DNA of 64,000 bases from an uncultured Bacteroidales bacterium (GCA_963752195.1 CAVVXI010000004.1:2053641-2117640); one strand, 5' to 3'. Shown: positions 20,129 to 33,382, counted from the stretch's first letter. Notes: generated from the sequence alone by a model not told the origin. A program made the numbers and translations.

Positions 20129-21328
20129 ATGCCTACTATATCGAACCGGGGCCAATTAATGCCCAATTCCCCAATCCGGAAACTCGTCCCTCTTGCTGAA
20201 GAAGCTGCTAAAAGAGGTTGCACCGTTTACAGGCTGAATATCGGCCAGCCCGATATTCTCACTTCACCCAATGCAATTGAAGCGATCCGGAATATAGACT
20301 CAAAAATCATCGATTACGGCCATAGCGCAGGGAATGAATCCCTGCGCCGGAAATTCACCGACTATTATAAAACGATCGGGGTAGATCTTGACTACCAGGA
20401 TATTCTTATTACAACCGGCGCTTCGGAGGCTATTACGCTTACCCTGCTTACCTGCCTGAATGCCGGGGATGAGATCATTGTGCCTGAGCCTTTCTATGCC
20501 AATTATTTCAGTTTCGCCACGGCTTCCGATGTAATTGTGGTCCCTGTTACATCCAGCATAGAAAGCGGATTCGCCCTTCCTCCCATCCGCGAATTCGAAA
20601 AGAAGATAACGAACCGTACACGCGCAATAATTATCTGCAACCCGAATAATCCGACGGGCTACCTTTATTCAAAAGCAGAACTTGAGCAGTTACGTGACCT
20701 CGTTAAAAAACATGACCTGTTCTTTCTTTGTGATGAGGTTTACAGGGAACTCTGCTATGACGGCGGTGAATTCACATCGGCCATGCAACTGGCGGGAATT
20801 GAACAAAACCTGATCCTCATAGATTCTGTATCTAAAAGGTATAGTGCCACCGGACTCCGGGTGGGAGTTCTTGCATCCAGAAACAGGGAGTTGCTCCAGA
20901 CTGCCCTGAAATTCTGCCAGGCAAGGCTTTGTCCGCCCAACCTGGGCCAGCTGGCCGCTGAGGCAGCGCTCGACTCCCCCCAGCAATATCTTGATTATGT
21001 GTACAATGAATTCCTCGAAAGACGGAATTTTGTGGTAAAAGCCCTTAATGATATAAAAGGAGTATTCTGCCCCATGCCCCGTGGTGCATTTTATGTTATG
21101 GCCAAGTTGCCGGTAGATGACGCAGAGAAATTTTCCATGTGGATGCTCCAGGAATTCGATTATAAAAAGCAAACCGTAATGCTGGCCCCCGGTTCCGGTT
21201 TTTACTTCAATACAGACCTCGGCAGGCAGGAAGTTCGTATAGCCTATGTACTTAACCTCGATGACCTGAAAAAAGCCATGGAATGCCTGCGGTACGGGTT
21301 GGAAGCATACCCCGGCAGAATTCAGTGA
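20129..21328 (+). CDS. Pyridoxal phosphate-dependent aminotransferase (class I/II, aspartate aminotransferase-like)
   Basis: Blocks are NPNNPTG, DEVY and the PLP-lysine block SVSKRYSATGLRVG. The length is 399 aa. Confidence 0.88.
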   Translation: MPTISNRGQLMPNSPIRKLVPLAEEAAKRGCTVYRLNIGQPDILTSPNAIEAIRNIDSKIIDYGHSAGNESLRRKFTDYYKTIGVDLDYQDILITTGASEAITLTLLTCLNAGDEIIVPEPFYANYFSFATASDVIVVPVTSSIESGFALPPIREFEKKITNRTRAIIICNPNNPTGYLYSKAELEQLRDLVKKHDLFFLCDEVYRELCYDGGEFTSAMQLAGIEQNLILIDSVSKRYSATGLRVGVLASRNRELLQTALKFCQARLCPPNLGQLAAEAALDSPQQYLDYVYNEFLERRNFVVKALNDIKGVFCPMPRGAFYVMAKLPVDDAEKFSMWMLQEFDYKKQTVMLAPGSGFYFNTDLGRQEVRIAYVLNLDDLKKAMECLRYGLEAYPGRIQ

Positions 21329-21418
21329 AAAGATAAAAACGAATAACTATAAGTTGAAGATCATTCCAGTTAATGATGTGGTTTTCCACTTTTAGTTTTT
21401 ATCTTTTAGTTTTTCACT
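21324..21418. repeat. Inverted heptamer-repeat arms between convergent genes
   Basis: The left arm is AGTGAAAAGATAAAAAC and contains the aminotransferase stop TGA at 21326-21328. The right arm is the heptamers CTTTTAG TTTTTAT CTTTTAG TTTTTCA at 21389-21416. GATAAAAAC pairs with GTTTTTATC, and AGTGAAAA pairs with TTTTCACT. Confidence 0.6.
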
Positions 21419-21424
21419 AAAATT

Positions 21425-22222
21425 TTAAAATTCGAAATTCAATCTTCCCTGGTCAGCAGTTTTTCCCAGCGTAAAAACATCTGTGGGCGCATGCCGGGAA
21501 GTAAGTCGAATATTGTATTTTTCTTTTAATTCTTCGAAACGGCCGATTGCCTTCTCAGGGGTGTTGTTTTCTGCTGAAAGGTGACTGAGGAAAACCACTT
21601 CAAGCTGGGCTCCGGAATGGTTTTTCAGCAGTTCAAAAGCCTGGTCGTTCGACAGGTGACCGTGTTCGGAGGATATGCGCTGTTTTAGAGACCACGGATA
21701 ACTGCCTTCCATTAACATGGTATGGTCATAATTGGATTCAAGAAAAAGGGCATGGCACATTACAAGGTGCATACGTACATTGTCGCAGGCACTTCCTATA
21801 TCTGTAAATACGCCAACATGCATTCCTTCATGTTCTACCCTGAATGAACACGGCTCGGCAGCATCATGGTTTTTTAAAAAGGTATGAATGAGAAAACTCC
21901 CAACCTGGATTGCCTGGCCGGGTTCAAAGAACCGGGGAGACAGGGGCTTCTGATTGGGATACATCCCGACAAAAGTCCGGGAAGTCAGGAATACCGGAAT
22001 ATGCAGCCTTTTACTCAGCACCCTTGCCCCCATTGCGTGATCGGAATGTTCATGGGTGATGAATATGGCCTTTATTCGCGAAGCTTCCAGGTTCTGTTTT
22101 TTCATCCTTGCCAGGATCAACCTTGCAGATATTCCGGCATCCACCAATACTGCATCCCGGTTATTGCCAATATAATAGCAATTTCCATTGCTGCCGGAGG
22201 CAATCGCACACAGTTCAACCAT
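21425..22222 (-). CDS. MBL-fold metallo-hydrolase
   Basis: The HxHxDH motif is present (THEHSDH). Downstream His/Asp ligand positions are present and the length is 265 aa. Confidence 0.85.
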   Translation of the reverse strand: MVELCAIASGSNGNCYYIGNNRDAVLVDAGISARLILARMKKQNLEASRIKAIFITHEHSDHAMGARVLSKRLHIPVFLTSRTFVGMYPNQKPLSPRFFEPGQAIQVGSFLIHTFLKNHDAAEPCSFRVEHEGMHVGVFTDIGSACDNVRMHLVMCHALFLESNYDHTMLMEGSYPWSLKQRISSEHGHLSNDQAFELLKNHSGAQLEVVFLSHLSAENNTPEKAIGRFEELKEKYNIRLTSRHAPTDVFTLGKTADQGRLNFEF

Positions 22223-22451
22223 TAAATTATTGCTTTATTTACGACCTGAATTTCCCTGCAAGTTACTAAACTTTTTGCTTAAATTTAAAAGAAGAACCCG
22301 ATCCGTAAACCCGGATAGGCCGAATCGAATCCCTCCTTCGCCCGCCGCTGGTTCTGTTTGCATTGTTTTATTAAAAGCTGTTCGTTCAAAATGGTATTCT
22401 GTTTCAATAAGAGGAACCCAGGGAAAATCAAAATCGTTGCCCGGAAACAGA

Positions 22452-23294
22452 TTAAATTGAATAAAAATCTTTGAGCAGTTTTATAAAAGCGGCAGGATTG
22501 TGTTTCCACGGGGTATGTCCGCTTGATGGCACAATCTCATGCCGGCCCTCCGGAAAGCGTTCAAATACATATTCCCTGCTCTTTCCATAGGCATCGTTAT
22601 CGCCATATGTAATCATTACCGGGTAATTTGTATGACCAAAGGGAATGAGCGGAGGATGCGCAACTATGAACGGTCTGGTTCGGTTTACAGGCGGTGCATT
22701 TATTTTTGCCAGCTTTTCCGGTTCCGGAGGACCAACCGGATAGCCTTTATGGTAATTTATGATCACTTGTCGGAATAATCTTCTGCAAGCCCGGTCGCTT
22801 CCCAACATGCCCAACAGCGAATGAATGCCCATGCCAAGCCATTCCAGGCGGGATGAACGGTTTTTTAAATATTTCAGAACTTCCCGTTCCGTTATTTTCC
22901 ATACCGGGCCGCATCCGGAAGCAGGGCTGCACAGGAACAGACTCAGGATTCTTTCAGGATGTTCACCCGCATACAGCTGGGCATATAAACCGCCCCAGGA
23001 ATGGCCGAACAGGTGAAAGGATGTTAGTTTGAAAAAGCCGGCAACATTACTTACATCCTGCAGATAATCCTCCATCGTGTATGTGCAGTTTTTGTGATCC
23101 CCGCTGCCGGTTCCCCGTTGATCGAATACAACGACCTGGTATTTCAGGTTCAGCGTTTCCCTCACTTCCGTCATATCGTCCGGTACGCCCGGACCCCCGT
23201 GAAGCAGCATTACTGTATCTGCACCTGTCATCGGAAACAGCTTTGCTTCAATAGTGCAGTTTCCGCTTTGCAGGACAAAGATTTCCGGATTCAT
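22452..23294 (-). CDS. Alpha/beta hydrolase (proline iminopeptidase-like)
   Basis: It has HGGPG near the N-terminus, the nucleophile elbow GHSWGG and a C-terminal His region (SSGHTPW). Confidence 0.85.
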   Translation of the reverse strand: MNPEIFVLQSGNCTIEAKLFPMTGADTVMLLHGGPGVPDDMTEVRETLNLKYQVVVFDQRGTGSGDHKNCTYTMEDYLQDVSNVAGFFKLTSFHLFGHSWGGLYAQLYAGEHPERILSLFLCSPASGCGPVWKITEREVLKYLKNRSSRLEWLGMGIHSLLGMLGSDRACRRLFRQVIINYHKGYPVGPPEPEKLAKINAPPVNRTRPFIVAHPPLIPFGHTNYPVMITYGDNDAYGKSREYVFERFPEGRHEIVPSSGHTPWKHNPAAFIKLLKDFYSI

Positions 23295-23318
23295 GTTCTT
23301 AAAAATAAATTCCTATCA

Positions 23319-24524
23319 TCAACGGGCAAAATCAGGATAAAGAAGATAGGCTGCCCTTTTTTTACAGAAATTTTCCAAACCCGGCTGCCAGGTTTGTCGG
23401 ATTTGCTGTTCCGATAGCCCCTGCAGGATCTGTTCCCTGAATTCGGCGGTACCTGCCAGGCGATCAAAATAGGGGATGAAGAAATCCTTGCCCCTGTCCA
23501 TTTTTCGGCTGACATCCACCAGCCAGGTAAGTTTAAGGTTTGTTATCTGCTCAAGGCTGTCAAGCGGGAGGTTCTGCAAACTGATCCCGTAACAGATCTG
23601 GTCTTTAAGCAGAGGATTCGGGTTGGATTTGCCTGCCCTGGGGATGAAGGAGAAACCCGTATCGGGGTAATCGGGATGTCCGATCACCCGGAAAGGAGAA
23701 GAGGTGCCTCTCCCAAGGCTCATGATGGTTCCTTCAAAAAAGCAAACGGACGGGTAAAGATAGACTGCCTGCATGCAGTTCAGGTTCGGCGAAGGATTTA
23801 CCGGCAGCTGGTACCGTGTATTGTGATCATATCCCGAACAGGGGATCACTTCGAGCCGGCATTTTTCCCCGTCTTTTAACCATCCTTCGCCATTAATCAT
23901 CTGAGCCAGTTCACCCGGCGTCATCCCATATACTACCGGTATGGGGTGCATACCCACGAAAGACCGGAACTCGTTTTCCATGATCGGCCCATCCACATAA
24001 TAACCCAATGGATCGGGCCTGTCGAGAATAAGCAGGGGAATATCGTTCTCGGCACATGCTTCCATCAAATAATGAAGCGTTGAAATATAAGTATAAAACC
24101 GCACTCCTACATCCTGAATGTCGTAAATCAGGATATCGATTCCTGCCAGGTCGCCAGGCAAAGGTTTTTTCTTGTTTCCGTAAAGTGACACAACCGGAAT
24201 ACCGGTGGTTGCATCCACGTCGTTGAGAATATCCGCGCCAGCTTCTGCATCTCCCCGAAATCCATGCTCGGGTGCAAAAATTCGCGTTATTCTAATTCCC
24301 TGCCGGATGAGAAAATCAGCGAGGTGTTCTTTACCAATGATGGTCGTATGGTTTGCCACCAGGCCAACCGATTTGCCTTCCAGTTTTGGCAGATACAATT
24401 CAGTTCGTTCGCTGCCTGTCAGAACTGCCTGCTGTGAAGGGGCTGTATTACAGGAAGCAAAGATCAGGACTGCGACAATCCACAAATGAGCGGCTTTTTC
24501 CCGGAAGGTAAACATGATGTCCAT
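23319..24524 (-). CDS. DUF1343 (NamZ-like exo-beta-N-acetylmuramidase family) protein
   Basis: Family blocks are NHTTIIG, FAPEHGFRG, IDILIYDIQDVGVRFYTYISTL and ILDRPDPLG. A signal peptide is present. Confidence 0.85.
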   Translation of the reverse strand: MDIMFTFREKAAHLWIVAVLIFASCNTAPSQQAVLTGSERTELYLPKLEGKSVGLVANHTTIIGKEHLADFLIRQGIRITRIFAPEHGFRGDAEAGADILNDVDATTGIPVVSLYGNKKKPLPGDLAGIDILIYDIQDVGVRFYTYISTLHYLMEACAENDIPLLILDRPDPLGYYVDGPIMENEFRSFVGMHPIPVVYGMTPGELAQMINGEGWLKDGEKCRLEVIPCSGYDHNTRYQLPVNPSPNLNCMQAVYLYPSVCFFEGTIMSLGRGTSSPFRVIGHPDYPDTGFSFIPRAGKSNPNPLLKDQICYGISLQNLPLDSLEQITNLKLTWLVDVSRKMDRGKDFFIPYFDRLAGTAEFREQILQGLSEQQIRQTWQPGLENFCKKRAAYLLYPDFAR

Positions 24525-24598
24525 GGTTATCAGTTGGGTAAATATAATTAAATGTAGGGCAATAATTAATATCTTTGAAACAAACGTAATCGCAACGC

Positions 24599-25843
24599 TT
24601 GAAAACAGGTCTGTTTATAGCCAATCGCCTCACCTTCAATAAAGAAGGCAAAAATTCCCTGTCAGGGCCTATCATCCGCATTTCGATAACGGGAATCGCC
24701 CTCAGCCTGGCGGTAATGATTATATCTGTTGCCACGGTAACCGGCTTTAAGAATGAGATACGTCGAAAGATCATTGGCTTCGGCTCCCATATCCAGATCA
24801 TCAATTATGATTCCAATAATTCATTTGAAACCGAACCCATTAACAGGAAACCGGCTTTCCTTCCCCTGCTGAAGGATTTGCCAGGTGTAAACCATGTTCA
24901 GGTATTTGCAACAAAGCCGGGTATCATCAAAACAAAAACCGACATACAGGGAGCCATTGTCAAAGGGATCGGAAGCGATTTCGACTGGCGTTTTTTCTCG
25001 GAGAATCTGGTTGAAGGATCTCTTTTCAAGGTAAAGGATGGGGCTAAAACCGATAAGGTATTGATTTCAAAATATCTTTCAGGCCTGCTGAAATTAAAAA
25101 CGGGGGATCGCTTTGCCATGTATTTTATAAATGACAAGCCCAGAGGCCGGTCGTTTGAGATTTCAGGCATTTATCAAACCAGCCTGGTTGAATTCGACAA
25201 GCAGTTTATCCTGGCCGACCTGGCACATGTGCAGGATTTGAACAACTGGGACAGCAGCCAGGTTTCCGGCTTTGAGATACTAATCTCCGATTATAGCCAG
25301 CTCAGGAAACTGACCAATGAGGTGTTTAATATAGCGGGGGTATCTTTCGATCAGAACGGTGCCAAAATGAGGGTGATAAATATACGGGAACGATTTCCGC
25401 AAATATTTGACTGGCTGGGATTGATCGACAAAAATGTATGGGTTCTTCTTGGATTGATGTTGATTGTCTCTGTGTTTAATATGATTTCCGGTTTGCTGAT
25501 CATAATTCTCGACCGTACTACTATGATTGGCATTCTCAAAGCATTGGGAATGAATAACCGGGGTATACGCAGCATCTTTCTGTACCAGTCTTTTTATCTT
25601 ATTGTTAAAGGACTATTCTGGGGTAACCTGATAGGGATAAGCATATGCCTGATACAACAACATTTCCGGATCATCACGCTTAACCCTGAATCTTATTTTT
25701 TGTCCTTTGTTCCGATGAACTTAAATCTATACGGCTTATTTTTGCTAAATGCGGGTACATTGGTTGTCACCCTTGTTGTACTAATGCTGCCCTCTATGAT
25801 CATAGCCCGGATCAATCCGGCCAGGACTATTCGATTTGACTGA
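24599..25843 (+). CDS. FtsX-like ABC transporter permease (LolC/LolE-like)
   Basis: It has the MacB/FtsX topology with a large periplasmic loop between TM1 and TM2. The C-terminal FtsX block is ILKALGM and it ends ARINPARTIRFD. The start codon is TTG. Confidence 0.85.
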   Translation: MKTGLFIANRLTFNKEGKNSLSGPIIRISITGIALSLAVMIISVATVTGFKNEIRRKIIGFGSHIQIINYDSNNSFETEPINRKPAFLPLLKDLPGVNHVQVFATKPGIIKTKTDIQGAIVKGIGSDFDWRFFSENLVEGSLFKVKDGAKTDKVLISKYLSGLLKLKTGDRFAMYFINDKPRGRSFEISGIYQTSLVEFDKQFILADLAHVQDLNNWDSSQVSGFEILISDYSQLRKLTNEVFNIAGVSFDQNGAKMRVINIRERFPQIFDWLGLIDKNVWVLLGLMLIVSVFNMISGLLIIILDRTTMIGILKALGMNNRGIRSIFLYQSFYLIVKGLFWGNLIGISICLIQQHFRIITLNPESYFLSFVPMNLNLYGLFLLNAGTLVVTLVVLMLPSMIIARINPARTIRFD

Positions 25844-26480
25844 AATGACGAAAAACTGGGAAGAAAAACTGGCTGCGGAATTAAAAAAACCATTGCCGGG
25901 AATTGATGCACAGTTTAGAATGTCCCCCGATGTCAGGCGTCCCGTTTCCATGGAATATCCGTTAAAAAATGCCGGGGTACTCATCCTGCTGTATCCGGAC
26001 AGGAACCATATATGCACGGTCTTCATCAAACGCACGGAATATGATGGTGTGCATAGCGGACAGGTGAGCCTTCCCGGAGGAATGTTCAAAGAGGAAGATG
26101 GTTTGCTTATGAACACTGCCTTGCGGGAGGCAAACGAGGAAACAGGTATCGATATTTTATCGGTAACAATTATCGGCCAATTAACACCCTTGCATATACC
26201 GGTCAGCAATGTAAATGTGTATGCATTTGTTGGAGTGGCCGGCAGCCGGCCGGCTTTCATCCACGATCCGGCTGAAGTACAGTACCTGATTGAGGAAAGC
26301 CTGGAAGAGCTTTTAAGCGAAGTAAATCACAAAACAAAAACCATGACTTTGTTTGGAAATGAAGTCATTGTTCCCTATTTCGACATTAAAGGCAATCATA
26401 TTTGGGGCGCCACCGCTATGATCATCAGTGAGTTTTCGGAGATTGTGAAGAGAGTGAAAAAAATGATGAATGATGAATGA
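25836..26480 (+). CDS. NUDIX hydrolase (CoA pyrophosphatase-like)
   Basis: The NUDIX box is present (LPGGMFKEEDGLLMNTALREANEETGI). The last five codons and stop (MMNDE*) lie in a GATGAAT heptamer array. Confidence 0.8.
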   Translation: MTEMTKNWEEKLAAELKKPLPGIDAQFRMSPDVRRPVSMEYPLKNAGVLILLYPDRNHICTVFIKRTEYDGVHSGQVSLPGGMFKEEDGLLMNTALREANEETGIDILSVTIIGQLTPLHIPVSNVNVYAFVGVAGSRPAFIHDPAEVQYLIEESLEELLSEVNHKTKTMTLFGNEVIVPYFDIKGNHIWGATAMIISEFSEIVKRVKKMMNDE

Positions 26481-26645
26481 TGAATTATGAATGGCGGGAA
26501 GCGTACTATTATCAAAATGAAAAAACCTCCGGAGGTCAAAACTCCGGAGGTCCGTATCTTAAATCTGATATTATCATTAGCGCGCATTGCGCCATTCATA
26601 ATTCATAATTCATAATTCATAATTCATAATTCATAATTCATAATT
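26463..26645. repeat. Large inverted heptamer-repeat structure between convergent genes
   Basis: The left arm is (GATGAAT)3(TATGAAT)GGCG at 26463-26496. The right arm is CGCC...(CATAATT)7 at 26590-26645. The innermost 15 bp (GAATTATGAATGGCG / CGCCATTCATAATTC) are perfectly complementary. The spacer holds CTCCGGAGGTC twice and a GCGCGCATTGCGC mini-palindrome. Confidence 0.85.
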
Positions 26646-26652
26646 TCCTCCC

Positions 26653-28074
26653 TTACTTTCCCACAATATTCTTATAATGCTGATACCGATCCAGCACTTC
26701 AGAAACATACCGGAAGGTTTCCACCCCGCGGCAGGATCCAAACTTTACAACCGGATCATTGTAATATTTAGGTTCTGCTTTTGACAGCAGAAAGCGGGCC
26801 ACATTATCATCCCATACATCGGGATTTGCGCCGTTTTTCCTGGCAAGGTTACGGGCATCAATGATATGGCCGGGACCGATATTATAGGCTGCTAGAACAA
26901 ACTTGATCCGCTCATTTGCATCGGGTACATCGCGAAATAATTTATTCAGCCAGAGGATGAATTCGGATCCGGCTCTGATCTGATCCGATGCGCTGGACTC
27001 GGGTTCTATGCCATATCGTTTGGCTGTTGTAGGCATCAGCTGCATAATCCCGGAGGCCCCTACCTGCGAAGTTACATCCACTTTAAAATGCGATTCCTGG
27101 TAGATGAGCGAAGCAAGCAAACGCCAGTCCCATCCCAATTGCTGGCTGCATTTCCGGATATCCTGATCATACGGAGAAATACGACCGGTATTGATCGCAT
27201 AAAAATCATTTTCCACCATGGTGGCCGATTTTTTGTTTTCGAAATACCGGGCATACATGTTTTTAAACTTACGCGTCTGCGTAAAATCCACGATCCAGTT
27301 ATTCAGTTCCTTTTGAAGGGAAGTGGATCCTTTTCTTACTGCCCAGGCCATGTTCTGTTGAAGGCTCAAAGGCGTACTGATATCTACATTGGGATAGTAC
27401 GTATTGTTAACCGACGCAATTACATTATCACTCACGGTATACGGAATTTCCCCAACGGATACGAGGTACATGAGTTGTTCAACGCTCTCATCTACTTCAA
27501 TTACATTAATGTTTGCTCCCGTTTTCGCTGATAGTTCCCGCAAGTTGGATGCATAAGCCGAGCCCCGCATTACATAAACAGTTTTCCCCTTCAGATCTTC
27601 CTTTGTAGTAACAAGGGCAGACTGTATTTCCTTCTCGCTCATTTTTTTCCAGTTTTCAGGTTTTCTTTGAACCAGAACCTGGTAAGCCTGCATGTGGGGA
27701 ACTATGAAATTTACAAAACCTTTCCTGTCAGGTATAATCGTAAGGTTTTGTGCTATCAGGTCGGCTTTCCCTGAACGCAGGAGGGCAAAACTCTCATTGA
27801 GACTTCTGCTTACGCGAACTTCAAGGCGAACTGACAAATGATTGGCCAGTTGCTGTAACATTTCGTATTGAAATCCAAGAGGCTGGCCCTTATAAATAAA
27901 ATAATCGGTTGAACTGTAATCGGTAAGAACAGTGATTTTACCCTTTTCCTTGATCGCTTCGAGATCCTGAATTGCCAGGTCAAAATTTTCTTCTTGTCGG
28001 GAATGGAAAGAGCAGGATGTTAGTGTAATAAAAATTAGGAGAACAAAATAATATGTTTCTTTTTTAAACATCAT
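26653..28074 (-). CDS. MltF-like lytic transglycosylase (periplasmic solute-binding domain plus SLT domain)
   Basis: The N-terminus has an SBP_bac_3-like region. The C-terminal SLT motifs are YQESHF, GASGIMQLMP and AAYNIGPGH. Confidence 0.85.
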   Translation of the reverse strand: MMFKKETYYFVLLIFITLTSCSFHSRQEENFDLAIQDLEAIKEKGKITVLTDYSSTDYFIYKGQPLGFQYEMLQQLANHLSVRLEVRVSRSLNESFALLRSGKADLIAQNLTIIPDRKGFVNFIVPHMQAYQVLVQRKPENWKKMSEKEIQSALVTTKEDLKGKTVYVMRGSAYASNLRELSAKTGANINVIEVDESVEQLMYLVSVGEIPYTVSDNVIASVNNTYYPNVDISTPLSLQQNMAWAVRKGSTSLQKELNNWIVDFTQTRKFKNMYARYFENKKSATMVENDFYAINTGRISPYDQDIRKCSQQLGWDWRLLASLIYQESHFKVDVTSQVGASGIMQLMPTTAKRYGIEPESSASDQIRAGSEFILWLNKLFRDVPDANERIKFVLAAYNIGPGHIIDARNLARKNGANPDVWDDNVARFLLSKAEPKYYNDPVVKFGSCRGVETFRYVSEVLDRYQHYKNIVGK

Positions 28075-28148
28075 AAATTAAATTTAGTGAATACTGCCGA
28101 GATGTTCAATCAAGTGACAATAATCTTATCACTATGATATTAACAATC

Positions 28149-30134
28149 TTAATCGTAAAAAGTCCACGAAAGACCAAATTTTATATTACGTTCGTTTCTC
28201 GGATAGTGTAGTACAGAAAAGTAATTTGCCTCACCCCAGCTGGAGTTGACGTGTTCATATTTGATATAACCTCTTAATCGTTTTAATTGCACATTTAAAA
28301 AAGGATCGAAATAGAAATGGTTTCCCAGTTCCTTTTCCGATTGCCTGTAAAAAGTTGTCAGGGGAGGCATATAAGCATCCGCGTAATACTTTGAATTATA
28401 AAAAAGGTCAAAACCTATCATAACCAGTAATTTTCCACCTGTCGACCTGAAATTAATCATATGCGTCAGGTATGATGAATTGTACAAAACAATTTCGGGT
28501 AGTCCTAATACCCTTTGATTATCTGTTTTCTGATACACTACCTTGTTCACACTTGAAAACTTCCAGACATCAAAACGTTTATAAGCGCTCAGTGATAAAA
28601 TTGACAATCCTGGTCCATATTGCTCTGGAAAAGCCATTTCATTAAAGTAAACCAGGTTGTGAAGTAAGACATAATCTCCTTTAATGGCAAATTTCTTTGA
28701 TGAAACGGACAAATCAATTGACAAACTGTTGATTGTGGTCTGTTTGAAATTTTTTGTCCACATGAAATTGTTGGATGCGTAGTGGGTATAAAGAAAATCA
28801 GGTGTCTTTAATTCATTGGAAGCGGCAAAGAGTATACTGTTCTGTTTTCCTGATTTACCGGTAAACAGTCGCAGATTTCCCGAGAGATTGAAATCTCCGG
28901 CCCTGTAACCGGAAAGGAACAGTCGTCCGAACAGATTAAGTTCAACATGATTAACGAATACCTTATTAAACCCGCTTGAAGCATAGGCATTAAAAACCTG
29001 CGTATTGATCTTAAGTCCCGGTAACACAATTTTATCCGAAATAAACCAGTGTTCGGGAAGGGTGTCATTGGGGTTTTGCGGCGGATTAACGATGTTGTAC
29101 CGCATGAGTTCGTAATTGTAATCGATAAAATAATGGTTGCTTCTTTTCCCCTGGAACTGGAGTCGTAATGAATTATAGATCTTCCAGTACACCATGGAAT
29201 CGGAAGTGGACTTATCGTTAAAGATCAGATCCGGATATAGTCCGGCATTATACCCGATGGTATCGATTTTATCCCGAAACAGCCTGACAGTGCGATTAAA
29301 GTAGAAAATATAGATCAGTTTGGGATAAAAAATAGTAAGCTTTTTAATATTTACAGCAGAGTCGGCTTTCCCTGGTTTTTTCCTGAAGGAAATTTCCTGC
29401 ATAGTAAACAGGTTCATATTTTTCACCTGGGTATAAACATCCGGGTCATGGTGGGAAGTATTATCCGTTCCCCCGAAAAGAGTGGGAATGTCCTTATTAA
29501 AATCATATTTGGTGCTGGCCAGCAGTGTATCGTTAAGGATTCCGCCGTTTTCGTCCGCAATGATTTTATTAATGTTAAAGCTCAGATGATAGGAATATAC
29601 CGGATTGGAGAGGCTGCTGAAAAAATTGAACGAGTTGTTTTTCACTTTCTGGAACCGGTATTGTCCAAGGGCGTTAATGGTGGTATAGTGCAAGCCCACA
29701 TTGAGCGTTTTAGTGAGATTTTGTGTATGAAAGGCGTCCAGTTTTTCGTCCTTAGTCTGGTTATTGCCCCCCTTGAAATATCCGACCTGGGTAAAAGGTT
29801 TCCGGGTATTGACATAGCGGGTATTCGTAAATAATTTCATATAAGGGTAAAAGGGGTTGATCAGTACAAATTCGTGGTTTTGGTCGCGTTCCACATAAAC
29901 ATTGCTTTCGGCGGGTTGGGAATAGTTGCCAAGGGTGGAGGCGGAGGTATAATTCCGGTAAACAGGATTTTGGTTTTGAATATTATCGAGGAGTGTATCT
30001 ACAGGGATACGGATATGGTTTGAGAATGACTCATCGAGTTTCCATGAATATACTACCGTATTGGTGTCGATCTGTGCTTTGATCAGAGCCGGAATGCTGA
30101 GAAGAACCGTTATGGCCAGCACCAGTTTATTCAT
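28149..30134 (-). CDS. Putative outer-membrane beta-barrel protein (Bacteroidota 'putative porin' type)
   Basis: A signal peptide follows ATG 30134 (MNKLVLAITVLLSIPALIKAQ). The sequence is aromatic-rich with alternating patterns and ends with a terminal aromatic (WTFYD). The family call is from memory only. Confidence 0.5.
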   Translation of the reverse strand: MNKLVLAITVLLSIPALIKAQIDTNTVVYSWKLDESFSNHIRIPVDTLLDNIQNQNPVYRNYTSASTLGNYSQPAESNVYVERDQNHEFVLINPFYPYMKLFTNTRYVNTRKPFTQVGYFKGGNNQTKDEKLDAFHTQNLTKTLNVGLHYTTINALGQYRFQKVKNNSFNFFSSLSNPVYSYHLSFNINKIIADENGGILNDTLLASTKYDFNKDIPTLFGGTDNTSHHDPDVYTQVKNMNLFTMQEISFRKKPGKADSAVNIKKLTIFYPKLIYIFYFNRTVRLFRDKIDTIGYNAGLYPDLIFNDKSTSDSMVYWKIYNSLRLQFQGKRSNHYFIDYNYELMRYNIVNPPQNPNDTLPEHWFISDKIVLPGLKINTQVFNAYASSGFNKVFVNHVELNLFGRLFLSGYRAGDFNLSGNLRLFTGKSGKQNSILFAASNELKTPDFLYTHYASNNFMWTKNFKQTTINSLSIDLSVSSKKFAIKGDYVLLHNLVYFNEMAFPEQYGPGLSILSLSAYKRFDVWKFSSVNKVVYQKTDNQRVLGLPEIVLYNSSYLTHMINFRSTGGKLLVMIGFDLFYNSKYYADAYMPPLTTFYRQSEKELGNHFYFDPFLNVQLKRLRGYIKYEHVNSSWGEANYFSVLHYPRNERNIKFGLSWTFYD

Positions 30135-30215
30135 GAAGGTGATATTTGTAATAATTTTCGGCAAGTTAGTGTAAACAGGGCATAAATAAAAGCCTTCCGA
30201 GGAACTGCAGATAAC

Positions 30216-30248
30216 AAAAAAAAATCCCGACATCTTACGATGTCGGGA
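30216..30248 (-). terminator. Rho-independent terminator of the rRNA operon
   Basis: On the minus strand the stem is TCCCGACATC, the loop GTAA, then GATGTCGGGA followed by T9. It lies immediately after the 5S rRNA. Confidence 0.85.
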
Positions 30249-30253
30249 TGAAG

Positions 30254-30362
<109 letters not shown>

Positions 30363-30431
30363 ATTTTGCCCCGCCATCGGCGGGGGTTATATTTTAACAC
30401 GCCGGAAACATTGTATATTAAGCTGTCAACA

Positions 30432-33328
<2,897 letters not shown>

Positions 33329-33382
33329 TTGTACTTACAACTTAATATACAAATTATTCCAGCATGTCAAAGAACTTAATTT

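Noticed and set aside
22285-22345. A GC-rich island (cccgatccgtaaacccggataggccgaatcgaatccctccttcgcccgccgctgg) in an AT-rich 229-nt spacer. I considered a small RNA, riboswitch or tRNA-like fragment.
   Set aside because: I could find only 5-6 bp stems and no motif of tmRNA, SRP RNA, RNase P, 6S or any riboswitch I recognise. It cannot be supported without covariance or expression data.
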